DNA of 64,000 nucleotides from a candidate division WOR-3 bacterium (GTDB lineage Bacteria; Hydrothermota; Tepidihabitantia; B3-TA06): NCBI GenBank assembly GCA_023128825.1, contig JAGMDF010000082.1, positions 8,626 to 72,625 of the forward strand, read 5' to 3'. Shown piece by piece: positions 43,414 to 52,155 of this stretch (position 1 is its first letter; each line of letters starts with the position of its first letter). The notes under the pieces were generated by a model. It saw only the letters and a program-made list of their open reading frames with translations, ran no database searches and was not told where the DNA came from. The position numbers and the translations under genes were made by a program.

Positions 43414-44378
43414 GCGCGCGGGTGGAAGGTTTTGTAGACCTCGCGCAGGTAGGAACGGTCTACGTGGGTGTATATCTCGGTTGTGGAGATGTCCGCATGC
43501 CCCAGCATCTCCTGCACCGCACGCAGGTCGGCTCCGCCTTCCAGAAGATGCGTGGCAAAGGAGTGCCGGAAGGTGTGAGGGGTAACGTGGCCCTTGATGC
43601 CGGCGGCCTGGACGTAGGAATGAATGATCCTCCATGCGCCCATGCGAGAGAGCGGCCCCCCGCGAACGTTCAGGAACAAGACGTTCTTTGCCTGACCGCT
43701 TGTCCTAAGGAGGGTGGAGCGCCCCGGGACACCATCTCGGTAACGTCTCACCGCGTTTATCGCCGGTTCTCCCAGAGGAACTATTCGCTCCTTATCCCCT
43801 TTACCGATAATTCTCAAAAATTCCTCTTCCAGATATAGATCGCCCATCTTCAAGTTGATCAATTCCGATATCCTGAGGCCAGCTCCATATAGCACTTCAA
43901 GCATAGCATGATCTCGTAGGGCTAAAGCAATAGCACGTCTTATCTCTGTATCAGAACGCGGGGATTTCACCTTATCCATAGATGAGTGGGCTGCTTCCAG
44001 AACCCTCTCGACCTCCTCCACGGAAAGCACCTCGGGCAGCTTGCGAGGCAGCTTCGGTCCGGAGATATTCTCGCCAGGATCACCGGAGAGCCTGCCTGTA
44101 TCGTTGAGATAGCGCAAAAACATACGGATGGCGGAGAGTTTTCGTGCCCCCGAGCGGGGGGCAAGGCCCGCCTCGGCAAGTCTCGCAAGATAACCACGCA
44201 GTAGTCTGGAGGTCACATCCAATATCTCTTTGCCTCTCTCGCTGAGATAGGATACGAACTGATCGAGGTCACGCCCGTAAGCCTCTACCGAGTTTGCAGA
44301 AAGCCCCCGTTCTGCAACCAGGTAGTTCAAAAACTCCTCAAGCAGAGGGTCCTTTTGCTTCTCCTCAGCGTATATCAA
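43410..44378 (-). CDS. xerD: Tyrosine recombinase XerD/XerC-like
   Basis: N-terminal SAM-like FLNYLVAERGLSANSVEAYGRDLDQF. Catalytic region LYGAGLRISELINLK...HTFRHSFATHLLEGGADLRAVQEMLGHADISTTEIYTHV. Confidence 0.85.
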   Translation of the reverse strand: MIYAEEKQKDPLLEEFLNYLVAERGLSANSVEAYGRDLDQFVSYLSERGKEILDVTSRLLRGYLARLAEAGLAPRSGARKLSAIRMFLRYLNDTGRLSGDPGENISGPKLPRKLPEVLSVEEVERVLEAAHSSMDKVKSPRSDTEIRRAIALALRDHAMLEVLYGAGLRISELINLKMGDLYLEEEFLRIIGKGDKERIVPLGEPAINAVRRYRDGVPGRSTLLRTSGQAKNVLFLNVRGGPLSRMGAWRIIHSYVQAAGIKGHVTPHTFRHSFATHLLEGGADLRAVQEMLGHADISTTEIYTHVDRSYLREVYKTFHPRA

Positions 44379-45756
44379 AGGTTTCTCCTACCTCCGGAAT
44401 CTGGACGTTCTCATAGCCCAACTCTGAAACAGCCTCGGCAAGCGCTTTAGATTGATCCTCATCGCCGTGCACAAGGAATACCTCTCTTACCTTCTTTGGG
44501 TTATAGCCGCGGAAGAAATCCAGAAGATCGTTTTTATCCGCATGTGCGGAGTACTCGTTGAGCACCTGGACCTGACAGTTTAAAGGATACTCCTCGCCGT
44601 AAAGTCTCACAACCTTGGCTCCTTCAACTATGCGCCGACCAAGGGTTCCTTGAGCCTGAAAGCCGGTGATCAAAACCAGGTTCTTCTCGTCAGGGACGAT
44701 GTTCTTTAGATGGTGGACAACACGTCCGCCTTCGCACATTCCGGAGGCGGCGATTATCATGCACGGACCCTTGACGGCGTTAAGCGCCTTAGACTCCTCA
44801 ACGGTCTTCACGTAGCGCAGGCGGAAGAAACCGAAGGGGTCTTTATCCTGCTCGAGATACTCGCGTGTCTCGGCATCAAAGCACTCAGGATGCTTGCGGA
44901 ATACCTGGGTAGCCTCAAGGGAGAGGGGGGAGTCGATCCAGATGGGCATCTGGGGCAGACGCCCCTCGTCCATAAGCTGATGCATGACGAAGACCAGAGC
45001 TTGTGTGCGTCCTACCGAGAAGGCGGGAACCAACATCTTGGCACTCCTATCGTATGCTTCTTGCAGGATCTTCTGCAGATGCTCCTTGCCTTCCTCAAGG
45101 GGAGGATGCACCCTGCCTCCGTAGGTTGATTCCGAGATGATGACGTCAGGATCAGGAATACGCTCAGGGTCACGTACCACAGGCAGATCAGGCTGCCCCA
45201 GATCGCCGGTAAAGAGTATGCGCCTGCCATCGATCTCATGGAGCACCTGGGCCGACCCCAGGATGTGCCCTGCGTCATACAGGGTAACGCTCAGCCTCCG
45301 GGCAAGCTCCTTGCGTTCATGATAGGGCAGTTTACGGAAATGCTGGGCCGCCGCCTGGGCCTCCTCTACAGTATAGAGAGGCTCTACCGCAGGCTCTCCT
45401 CGTTTTGCGTGCTTCTTGTTGACGTACTCCACGTCGCGCTCCTGAATCTCAGCCGAGTCAAGAAGAAGTATCTTGGTAAGATCAACCGTGGCAGGGGTGG
45501 CGTATATGGGTCTTGCGTAGCCTGCGGCCACGAGCCTTGGGATGTTGCCCGAATGATCGATATGGGCGTGTGAAAAAACCATAGCGTCTGCATTAAGGGC
45601 CGCCTGAGGCACTCGACTGTTGATCTCGAAGGCCTTTTTGCGATGGCCCTGGAACATTCCGAACTCGGTAAGAACTGAAGTTTTGCGCGTGTGCAGAACG
45701 AACTTGGAGCCGGTTACCGTCCTCACCGCACCGAAAAAGGTCAATTTTAAGGACAT
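44365..45756 (-). CDS. MBL-fold beta-CASP ribonuclease-family protein
   Basis: HAHIDHSG motif, beta-CASP region and the C-terminal RMMBL-like tail SAHADKNDLLDFF...VFLVHGDED. Confidence 0.85.
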   Translation of the reverse strand: MSLKLTFFGAVRTVTGSKFVLHTRKTSVLTEFGMFQGHRKKAFEINSRVPQAALNADAMVFSHAHIDHSGNIPRLVAAGYARPIYATPATVDLTKILLLDSAEIQERDVEYVNKKHAKRGEPAVEPLYTVEEAQAAAQHFRKLPYHERKELARRLSVTLYDAGHILGSAQVLHEIDGRRILFTGDLGQPDLPVVRDPERIPDPDVIISESTYGGRVHPPLEEGKEHLQKILQEAYDRSAKMLVPAFSVGRTQALVFVMHQLMDEGRLPQMPIWIDSPLSLEATQVFRKHPECFDAETREYLEQDKDPFGFFRLRYVKTVEESKALNAVKGPCMIIAASGMCEGGRVVHHLKNIVPDEKNLVLITGFQAQGTLGRRIVEGAKVVRLYGEEYPLNCQVQVLNEYSAHADKNDLLDFFRGYNPKKVREVFLVHGDEDQSKALAEAVSELGYENVQIPEVGETFDIR

Positions 45757-45830
45757 TGGCTAGTTTACAGAAAACCAGATCGGATGCAAGGTCCCCCTCC
45801 CGATAAAGATAACTGGAGCTGGCCGGTTCC

Positions 45831-46436
45831 TTAAATTCCCCTAAGCCTTTTCCCGGTAAACCCGAAAGACACAGTAACTCTGGGGGCAACTACCACAGTC
45901 CCGTCCGAGCGTACCTCTCCCGTCAACGAACCCTCCTCAAGATATTTCTTCATAACAGCCTTAACGTCGGTCTTGGTCATCCCTTCGAAATGCACCTCGA
46001 ATTTGGTCGCATACCAGAGTCTCTGCGCCAGAAAACAGTTCTTGAATTCCTCGCCTTCCTTTGTCTTGAGGAAATTCCTGATCGCCTGACGCTTCTTGGA
46101 CAGGATATTGGGGTCGTTAAACTCCTTTACCCTAACGTCTTCAACTTCGTAAGTGACTGAGCTAGCGTGCTGCAAACCTCCTGAGATGTTCAAACCGAAG
46201 TTCTTTGCGCTCACTTTACCCTTAAGACTTAATTTACGAGTGAAGGTACCCACTACGATGCTGGCGTCGTCCGAGGAAGCTGACCACTTCGTCTTCTCCA
46301 GCAGGTCATCCAACCTGCCCTCCTCAAAGAATCCCTTTTTACGTCTGCAGAGAATAGAAGCCGGGTGCAGCCTTCTGGTCGCCACCGGCAAGGAACGTAT
46401 CCCGTTGCGCTTCAAATATTGGACGTAGGTTGCCAT
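45831..46436 (-). CDS. Hypothetical 201-aa protein; candidate gasdermin-N-like pore-forming domain (pattern-based, unverified)
   Basis: The CDS itself is well supported by SD AAGGAGGAG and a consensus promoter. The functional call rests only on collinear resemblance to my recollection of GSDMD/GSDMA3 N-domains (see findings). Confidence 0.35.
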   Translation of the reverse strand: MATYVQYLKRNGIRSLPVATRRLHPASILCRRKKGFFEEGRLDDLLEKTKWSASSDDASIVVGTFTRKLSLKGKVSAKNFGLNISGGLQHASSVTYEVEDVRVKEFNDPNILSKKRQAIRNFLKTKEGEEFKNCFLAQRLWYATKFEVHFEGMTKTDVKAVMKKYLEEGSLTGEVRSDGTVVVAPRVTVSFGFTGKRLRGI

Positions 46437-46458
46437 TATCTCCTCCTTTGTGGATAAA

Positions 46459-46486
46459 ATTATAAATAAATTTGTGCTTGTGTCAA
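46459..46486 (-). promoter_or_regulatory. Consensus promoter (TTGACA-16-TATAAT) of the 201-aa gene
   Basis: On the minus strand the -35 box is at 46486-46481 and the -10 box at 46464-46459. TTATCCACA lies between the -10 box and the SD. Confidence 0.65.
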
Positions 46487-46525
46487 GCTTTCGCTGATCC
46501 CTGGATCGTTCCTTGGGCGTACACC

Positions 46526-46553
46526 TTGACTAAGCCTCAATTCTCGCTATTCT
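46526..46553 (+). promoter_or_regulatory. Promoter (TTGACT-16-TATTCT), leaderless
   Basis: The -10 box ends 6 nt before ATG 46560, and there is no SD. Confidence 0.55.
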
Positions 46554-46559
46554 ATTAGT

Positions 46560-47447
46560 ATGCCGAAGTTTACACCCAAAGCGAAGAAAAAGGAAGAGGA
46601 AGAAAAGCAGGTCAAGAAACCGCCTGAAGAAAAACCCACACCGCCGCCCTCGGACGAGGAGCTTGAGAAGCTGCGCGAGCTGGAACGCAAGTTCGGTAAA
46701 ATAGGCGGCGTTGAGACCGCCAAAGAGGGGAAGAAGGAAGAAAAGCAACCCTCCGGGGGACAGGAAAAGGTATGGGAAAAGATAGAAAGTTCAAAGAAGG
46801 GAGAGCAAGGGAAAACCTCGGATAACCGTGAGCGAATCATCCAGCATGAGGCAATCCGTCATTCCAGGCCGTCTGAGGGGATGATAGGGCCAGGCGATCT
46901 CGACTACATCTCCCCCGAGAAGCTTGAGAAGCGCAAGCGTGAGCTGGCAATGACCGAAGCCAGGCTGCGCACCCTGGAGCGCGAGGAGCAGGATATCAAC
47001 AAGCGGCTTGAGTACCTGCGCAAGGAGCACTCGGCCATGGAGATGGCTATAAAGGAGAAAACCTATCTTGAGCGGGAGATAGCCGAGCTACGAGAGGACC
47101 GCGACCGAATAAAGTCCAAATTGGACGAGCTTAAGGAGACGGAAGGGCAGCTTGAGCAGAAGTCCTGGGAAGAACTTAAGCGCTCGCCAGCCATAGGTGC
47201 CAGGATATCCGCGCTTGAGCGGCGCATCCACGAGCTTGAAGGTCAGATAATTGAACTCAACGAGCAGCGGTTGAGAGCCGGCGGCGCTCCTTTGGAGATC
47301 CCTGAGCCGAAGCCTGCTCCCCAGCCCAAGGTAGAGAAACCCGTAACACCAGCACCTAAGCCTGAGCCTACCCCTGCGCCGCAGCCCAAGCAGGAAGAAA
47401 AGAAGAAACCGCCTGTAAAGAAAAAGAAAAGCCGCCTGACATTCTAA
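46560..47447 (+). CDS. Lys/Glu-rich coiled-coil protein with Pro-rich termini
   Basis: 295 aa. Central heptad-like ELREDRDRIKSKLDELKETEGQLEQ. C-terminal PEPKPAPQPKVEKPVTPAPKPEPTPAPQPK. No signal peptide. Confidence 0.6.
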   Translation: MPKFTPKAKKKEEEEKQVKKPPEEKPTPPPSDEELEKLRELERKFGKIGGVETAKEGKKEEKQPSGGQEKVWEKIESSKKGEQGKTSDNRERIIQHEAIRHSRPSEGMIGPGDLDYISPEKLEKRKRELAMTEARLRTLEREEQDINKRLEYLRKEHSAMEMAIKEKTYLEREIAELREDRDRIKSKLDELKETEGQLEQKSWEELKRSPAIGARISALERRIHELEGQIIELNEQRLRAGGAPLEIPEPKPAPQPKVEKPVTPAPKPEPTPAPQPKQEEKKKPPVKKKKSRLTF

Positions 47448-47476
47448 CACCCCAACCAACCGCTTCGCGTTTGGCA

Positions 47477-47534
47477 GGGGACCCCGAAATAAAAGCACCC
47501 CACAAATCGAGTGCGTCGCTTTGCGGGGATCCCC
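47477..47534 (-). repeat. Family-B hairpin repeat (minus orientation)
   Basis: The minus strand reads GGGGATCCCCGCAAAGCGACGCACTCGATTTGTGGGGTGCTTTTATTTCGGGGTCCCC. Confidence 0.65.
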
Positions 47535-47552
47535 GAAAGAAGAACCTCACTT

Positions 47553-47589
47553 GTCATCGCGCAGAGCATTAGCGACGTGGCGATCTCAT
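47553..47589 (-). repeat. Family-E repeat (ATGAGATYGC...GCRATSRYCAY)
   Basis: The minus strand reads ATGAGATCGCCACGTCGCTAATGCTCTGCGCGATGAC. Confidence 0.6.
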
Positions 47590-47709
47590 AGGTATTGCCG
47601 CGCAGAAAAGAAACTGCGCCTCTTATCCTCCCGCTAACAGAAAAGAGGGCAAACTCTCCGATTGTCAAGAAATGCAAAGGTATTCTTTTGCTTTAGCGTC
47701 GTGCCACAT

Positions 47710-47756
47710 ATGAGATTGCTCCCTTCGTTCGCCCTTCGGAATTCCGCAATCGTCAC
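47710..47756 (+). repeat. Family-E repeat
   Basis: ATGAGATTGCTCCCTTCGTTCGCCCTTCGGAATTCCGCAATCGTCAC. Its core CTCCCTTCGTTCGC..CCTTCGGA also occurs at about 10385-10425. Confidence 0.6.
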
Positions 47757-47832
47757 CCTCCGAAGCTTCGCAAGCCTGGGGCTTGCTCGCAACGACATAA
47801 TGAACAGGGCATTGCGACAGGTATGTTACGGG

Positions 47833-49086
47833 TTACTCGTAGCGGATGGCGTCTATGGGATTGAGTTTGGAGGCCTTCTGCGCCGGGTAGATGCCGAAGA
47901 ATATCCCCACCGCGGCTGAGAAGCCGAAGCCAAGAACCACCGTCCACCAGGGCGAGGCGGCATCAAGAAATTCAACCAGGACCGAAACAAGTCGGGCGAT
48001 GCCTATGCCGACTATTATGCCGATGAGCCCTCCCAGCAGGGCAAGCACCACCGCCTCCATAAGGAACTGGATCATGATGTCGCGATCCCGCGCCCCCACC
48101 GCCTTGCGGATGCCGATCTCACGCGTGCGCTCGGCAACCGAGACCAGCATGGTGTTCATGATCCCTATACCGCCCACCAGTAGGGAGATGGCGGCGATCC
48201 CCACCATTACTATCCACAGGGTTGAGGTGATTCCCTGCATCGCGGTCATAATCATCTGCTGGGTGTTGAGACCGAAGTCGTTGTCCTGGTCGTAGTGCAG
48301 ACCGCGTAGCAGACGCAGCTGCTCCTCCACGTCGGCCATGGCCTTCTCCAGCGGCACCCCTGGCTTGGGCAGCGCCTCGATCGAAAGCCCGCTCCAGATG
48401 GCGCGCCAGCCCCGCGGAAGCGGGTTGTACTTGAGGTAGGTGGATATGGGGATGATAACCACGTTGTCCTGGGTATTGCCGAACATGGCACCCTTTTCCT
48501 CGAGCACCCCTACGATCAGGTAGCGGTGCCCCCCCACGTCCAGTGTCTGTCCCACCGGGTTCTCGGCACCGAACAGGTTTTCGGCTATATACGAACCTAT
48601 TACGCAAACCAGACGTCGGTGAAGCCTGTCCTCTCTGGTAATGAATCGGCCCTGTTCCACTACCCAGTTGCCTGTAAGGTCACCGCCTTCGGCAGTGCCG
48701 CGAAGTTCGCAGTTCTGAGCTTTGTTGCCTAAACGTTTGAGGCTACCCACGTTTTTCCCGATGGAGGGAACAGCAACCTGGATGCTGGGAAGTCCGACAA
48801 TGGCCTCCGCATCTTCGACGGTAAAGTTCTTACGCTTTCTGATCTCCTCAAAATCAAGCTGGCGGTGACCCGGCCCCATCTGCCATTCTACCTTCTGGAC
48901 GTAGATGGTAGAAGAACCCAGGGTGGAAAACTCCTCCTTGATCTTGCGGTTAAGACCCTCAAGAAGGGAAAGGATGGTGATCACCGTCATCACCCCGATG
49001 ATTATCCCAAGGGCAGTGAGGAACGAGCGGCTCTTGTGATGCCGCAGGGTGACCACAGACAGCCCCAGGAGGGAGAAGAAGCTCAT
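47833..49086 (-). CDS. ABC transporter permease, MacB/FtsX-like
   Basis: N-terminal TM + MacB_PCD + C-terminal FtsX domain: REIGIRKAVGARDRDIMIQFLMEAVVLALLGGLIG. Confidence 0.85.
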   Translation of the reverse strand: MSFFSLLGLSVVTLRHHKSRSFLTALGIIIGVMTVITILSLLEGLNRKIKEEFSTLGSSTIYVQKVEWQMGPGHRQLDFEEIRKRKNFTVEDAEAIVGLPSIQVAVPSIGKNVGSLKRLGNKAQNCELRGTAEGGDLTGNWVVEQGRFITREDRLHRRLVCVIGSYIAENLFGAENPVGQTLDVGGHRYLIVGVLEEKGAMFGNTQDNVVIIPISTYLKYNPLPRGWRAIWSGLSIEALPKPGVPLEKAMADVEEQLRLLRGLHYDQDNDFGLNTQQMIMTAMQGITSTLWIVMVGIAAISLLVGGIGIMNTMLVSVAERTREIGIRKAVGARDRDIMIQFLMEAVVLALLGGLIGIIVGIGIARLVSVLVEFLDAASPWWTVVLGFGFSAAVGIFFGIYPAQKASKLNPIDAIRYE

Positions 49087-49799
49087 ACTATCCTCCCATC
49101 AAGGAGATTTATGGTGCGCTTTGCGTGCAGAGCGACGCTGTCATCGTGCGTGACCACTATGACGGTCCTGCCCTGTTCGTTGAGTTCATCCAGGAGCCCC
49201 ATGATCTCTTCCTCGGTCTTGGTGTCCAGATTGCCGGTAGGTTCGTCAGCAAGAAGTATAGCCGGGTCGTTGGCAAGGGCCCGGGCGATGGCCACCCGCT
49301 GGGATTCTCCTCCGGAAAGCTCGTTCGGTCGGTGATGGCTGCGTTCGGCCAACCCTACCATCTCGAGCATCTTCTCCACGACCTCCTCTCTGCGATTAAC
49401 CGAAACCCCGGCGTACTGCAACGGCAACTCGACATTCTGGGCCGCGGTGAGTCTGGGAAGCAGGTTGTACTGCTGGAACACGAACCCCACCTCGCGGTTA
49501 CGTACCCGCGCCAGCTGATCGGAATCGTAGCGGGATATCTCCTGTCCCTTGAGGAAGTAGGAGCCATAGGTAGGGACGTCAAGACAGCCAATGATGTGCA
49601 TGAGGGTAGATTTGCCCGAGCCTGAGGGTCCCATGATGGCCACGTACCCACCCTCATAAATCTCAAGGTTGATATTCTTGAGCGCCTCGACCGCGACAGG
49701 GCCGCCGTCGTAGACCTTGGAGAGATCCTGAAGCCTGATTACCGGCTCGTGGTTCGAACCCTTACCTTGACCCTTGGACCTTCGGAACTTCTTTGCCAT
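49083..49799 (-). CDS. ABC transporter ATP-binding protein (MacB/LolD type)
   Basis: Walker A GPSGSGKST, signature LSGGESQRVAIARAL, Walker B ILLADEPTGNLD. Confidence 0.9.
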   Translation of the reverse strand: MAKKFRRSKGQGKGSNHEPVIRLQDLSKVYDGGPVAVEALKNINLEIYEGGYVAIMGPSGSGKSTLMHIIGCLDVPTYGSYFLKGQEISRYDSDQLARVRNREVGFVFQQYNLLPRLTAAQNVELPLQYAGVSVNRREEVVEKMLEMVGLAERSHHRPNELSGGESQRVAIARALANDPAILLADEPTGNLDTKTEEEIMGLLDELNEQGRTVIVVTHDDSVALHAKRTINLLDGRIV

Positions 49800-50911
49800 G
49801 GTTCTTCACCTTTGCTGGGTTTAACCTCGTCTCCGTCTTGCAGTATTCTAAGCACCTTGTATGGACCGGTGATCACAGTCTGGTCTTCCTTTAGGCCCTC
49901 AATGACCTCCACCGAGCGTCCGTCCGAGATGCCGGTTTTTATTGGGACCAGCCTGGCCTTGCCGTCCTCAAGAACGAACACCGTCTCCGAGAGCTTCCCC
50001 TCGACTTCACGTCTGCCGATGGCCTGCAGGGGACAGGTGATTACATCCTCGCGCATCGCGGTGGTTATGTCTGCGGAGACGTTCATTCCAGGACGCTGTG
50101 CCGGATCGATATCAACTAGGTTAAGGATCACCTCGAAGTCGGTGACGCCCTCAGCGGCGGAGGTTAAATTAGTCGAGGGCATGTAGCTGATGCTCACCAC
50201 CTTGGCTCTAAAGGCGGTGTCGGGCATCGCATCGAGCTTTACTTGTGCGTGTTGATCTATCTTAAGGTTGACCACGTCCGATTCGTCCACGTCAACCCTG
50301 GCCTGCATGGCTGAAAGATCGGCAAGCGTCATCATAACGGTCCCCGGGTTGTTCATGGTGCCCATCATCACCGCCTCACCCTCCTCGATGTTCAAGCGAA
50401 CCACACGACCGGAGATAGGAGCGTAGATGCGGGTCTTTGCCAACTTATCCCCACTCTGATCGAGTTGAGCCTTTGCCACCTCGAATGCTGTCCGCAGCCG
50501 CTCAAACTCAGCCTGGGATATAAGTGTGTCTCGATAGAGAGCCTCCCCTCGCTTGTATGCGGCAGAGGCTTCGTTGAAGTTGGCACGGCTGAGATCTCGG
50601 CTGGAGAGCAATGCGGCGTCGTCAAGCACGCAGAGAAGCTGACCCTTACGGACCTGATCACCTTCCTTCACGTAGAGCTTTTTGATGCGGGCAAGGATCT
50701 CCGCGGAGATATCCACCTGATTGGCGGCGCGAAGCTCGCCTGTGGCGGAAACGGTGGAAACAATCCTGCGTTTCGTAAGTTCGGCAACCGTGACCTCGGG
50801 CGCGACGGATCGTCTGCTCAAAACGTTGCATACTATCAGGAACACAAGCACCGCTCCTGCGGCTATTCCCAGCCAAATGCCTATCCTCTTTCGGCGTTTC
50901 TTATTCATCAA
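49739..50911 (-). CDS. Periplasmic adaptor (membrane fusion protein, HlyD/MacA family)
   Basis: N-terminal anchor, coiled-coil hairpin and the beta-barrel motif IYAPISGRVVRLNIEEGE. Confidence 0.85.
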   Translation of the reverse strand: MMNKKRRKRIGIWLGIAAGAVLVFLIVCNVLSRRSVAPEVTVAELTKRRIVSTVSATGELRAANQVDISAEILARIKKLYVKEGDQVRKGQLLCVLDDAALLSSRDLSRANFNEASAAYKRGEALYRDTLISQAEFERLRTAFEVAKAQLDQSGDKLAKTRIYAPISGRVVRLNIEEGEAVMMGTMNNPGTVMMTLADLSAMQARVDVDESDVVNLKIDQHAQVKLDAMPDTAFRAKVVSISYMPSTNLTSAAEGVTDFEVILNLVDIDPAQRPGMNVSADITTAMREDVITCPLQAIGRREVEGKLSETVFVLEDGKARLVPIKTGISDGRSVEVIEGLKEDQTVITGPYKVLRILQDGDEVKPSKGEEPWQRSSEGPRVKVRVRTTSR

Positions 50912-52155
50912 TCCTCCAGTGAGATTCCCAAAAAGTAGTTAAGCTCTGCGCGGCTGGACCAGTAATCCGCCTTTGCCTGAACCAATGCACGCTCGGCCTG
51001 AACCAGCTCCGCCTCCACCTGCAAAAGATCGGCCAGGGAGGAGGCCCCCAACTCGTAGCTGCGGGCGGTAAGGCGGTAGACCTCGCTTGAAAGCTCAACG
51101 TTCTTGGACGCAACCTCCCATCCCTTGTAGGACGAGGACTGGGTAGCGAGTAGTGCGGCCAGATGCTGGCGGAAGCTAAGCTCCTGCCGGGCTAAAGTTA
51201 TCCTCGAGTTCTTACGCTCCAACCTCGCCCGGTTGATTGAAAGCACCTTCCCTTTAACATCGGCTACAGGAAAGCTTATTGCAAGGCCGTAATCTGCAGA
51301 CACATCATCCCAGTCCGAGAACGAAGGCAAAACCTCTTCCTGGACAAAGTTCTTCGAGGCGGTTAAGGAAAAGGAGGGCAGGATCGAAGCCCACGCCCCC
51401 CAGTATGTAAGCTCGGAGGCCTTAACCTGCCGCAGGAGCACGTCGAAGTCCGGGTTCCGGGCCAATATGGCGGCGGAGATCACCGTGGTGGGAAGGGAAT
51501 AAGGCTCCTCTGCTTGTAGAAGTTCGTCTGCCTCTATGGGCCGCCAATCTGCAAGACCCATAAGGTCCGAAAGTATGCGCTGGTTGTTCTCAAGCGAGGT
51601 GCGGGCAGAGAAAAGCCCCATCTCAGCCGATAAGAGGCTTGCTTCAGCTCTAAGCTTATCCGCCTTGCTCGCTCCACCCAGTTCGAAGCGTTTGGCAACG
51701 ATCCGCAGGTTCTCTTTGGCCCTGCTGTGCTGACCGTCGGCGCTGGCCACCAACGCCTGGGAGGCGGCCAGGTTGTAATAGGCGTTCTGGACATCCAGTA
51801 CGAGCTTGGCGATGCCCTGACGAGCCTGTGCACGTGAAACCCCGTTCTGCTGGAATCCACCTATTAGACCGAAGATCGCAGTAGCATCCACCACCGGCTG
51901 GGACAGTGAGAATCGAGAAGCCCAAAGCCCGTCCCCCAGATCGGCAAGGGAGGAGTCGGTGGTCGACGAAGACGCAGTAAGGCGAGGCAGTAATCCTCCA
52001 GCCCCCTCTGCCAGAGATTGCGCCCCCAGGGCCTTCTTGATACGTGCATCGTCTTTGGCCAAACTGTGCTCGAGCGCGTAGGATAAAGCTTCATCCAGAC
52101 TGAGCTTTAAGGACGGCGCTTCGGCCTGGGCGGGCAAGAGCGTCGTCAAAAGCAA
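50908..52155 (-). CDS. TolC-family outer-membrane efflux protein
   Basis: Two TolC repeats (AKDDARIKKALGAQSLAEG..., YWSSRAELNYFLG). The track start TTG 52155 leaves a truncated signal peptide. An in-frame ATT at 52170 behind AAGGAGGGG would give (M)KAFILLLTTLLPAQA. Confidence 0.8.
   Translation of the reverse strand: MLLTTLLPAQAEAPSLKLSLDEALSYALEHSLAKDDARIKKALGAQSLAEGAGGLLPRLTASSSTTDSSLADLGDGLWASRFSLSQPVVDATAIFGLIGGFQQNGVSRAQARQGIAKLVLDVQNAYYNLAASQALVASADGQHSRAKENLRIVAKRFELGGASKADKLRAEASLLSAEMGLFSARTSLENNQRILSDLMGLADWRPIEADELLQAEEPYSLPTTVISAAILARNPDFDVLLRQVKASELTYWGAWASILPSFSLTASKNFVQEEVLPSFSDWDDVSADYGLAISFPVADVKGKVLSINRARLERKNSRITLARQELSFRQHLAALLATQSSSYKGWEVASKNVELSSEVYRLTARSYELGASSLADLLQVEAELVQAERALVQAKADYWSSRAELNYFLGISLED

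Noticed and set aside
42841-46436. Genomic island integrated at tRNA-Leu (a tyrosine recombinase lies 500 nt from the tRNA)
   Set aside because: The recombinase looks like canonical XerC/D and overlaps its neighbours by 4 and 14 nt, so it appears translationally coupled to them. I could not find a direct repeat of the tRNA-Leu 3' end anywhere downstream (for example 46.4-47.8 kb), so there is no att-site evidence.
49739-49799. 61-nt overlap between the macA-like stop and the ABC ATPase start as a possible frameshift or mis-start
   Set aside because: No alternative ATG, GTG or TTG lies downstream before the conserved N-terminal strand (VIRLQDLSKVY). ATG 49799 has an AAGGTGA SD, and both frames stay intact, so this is a plausible genuine overlap.
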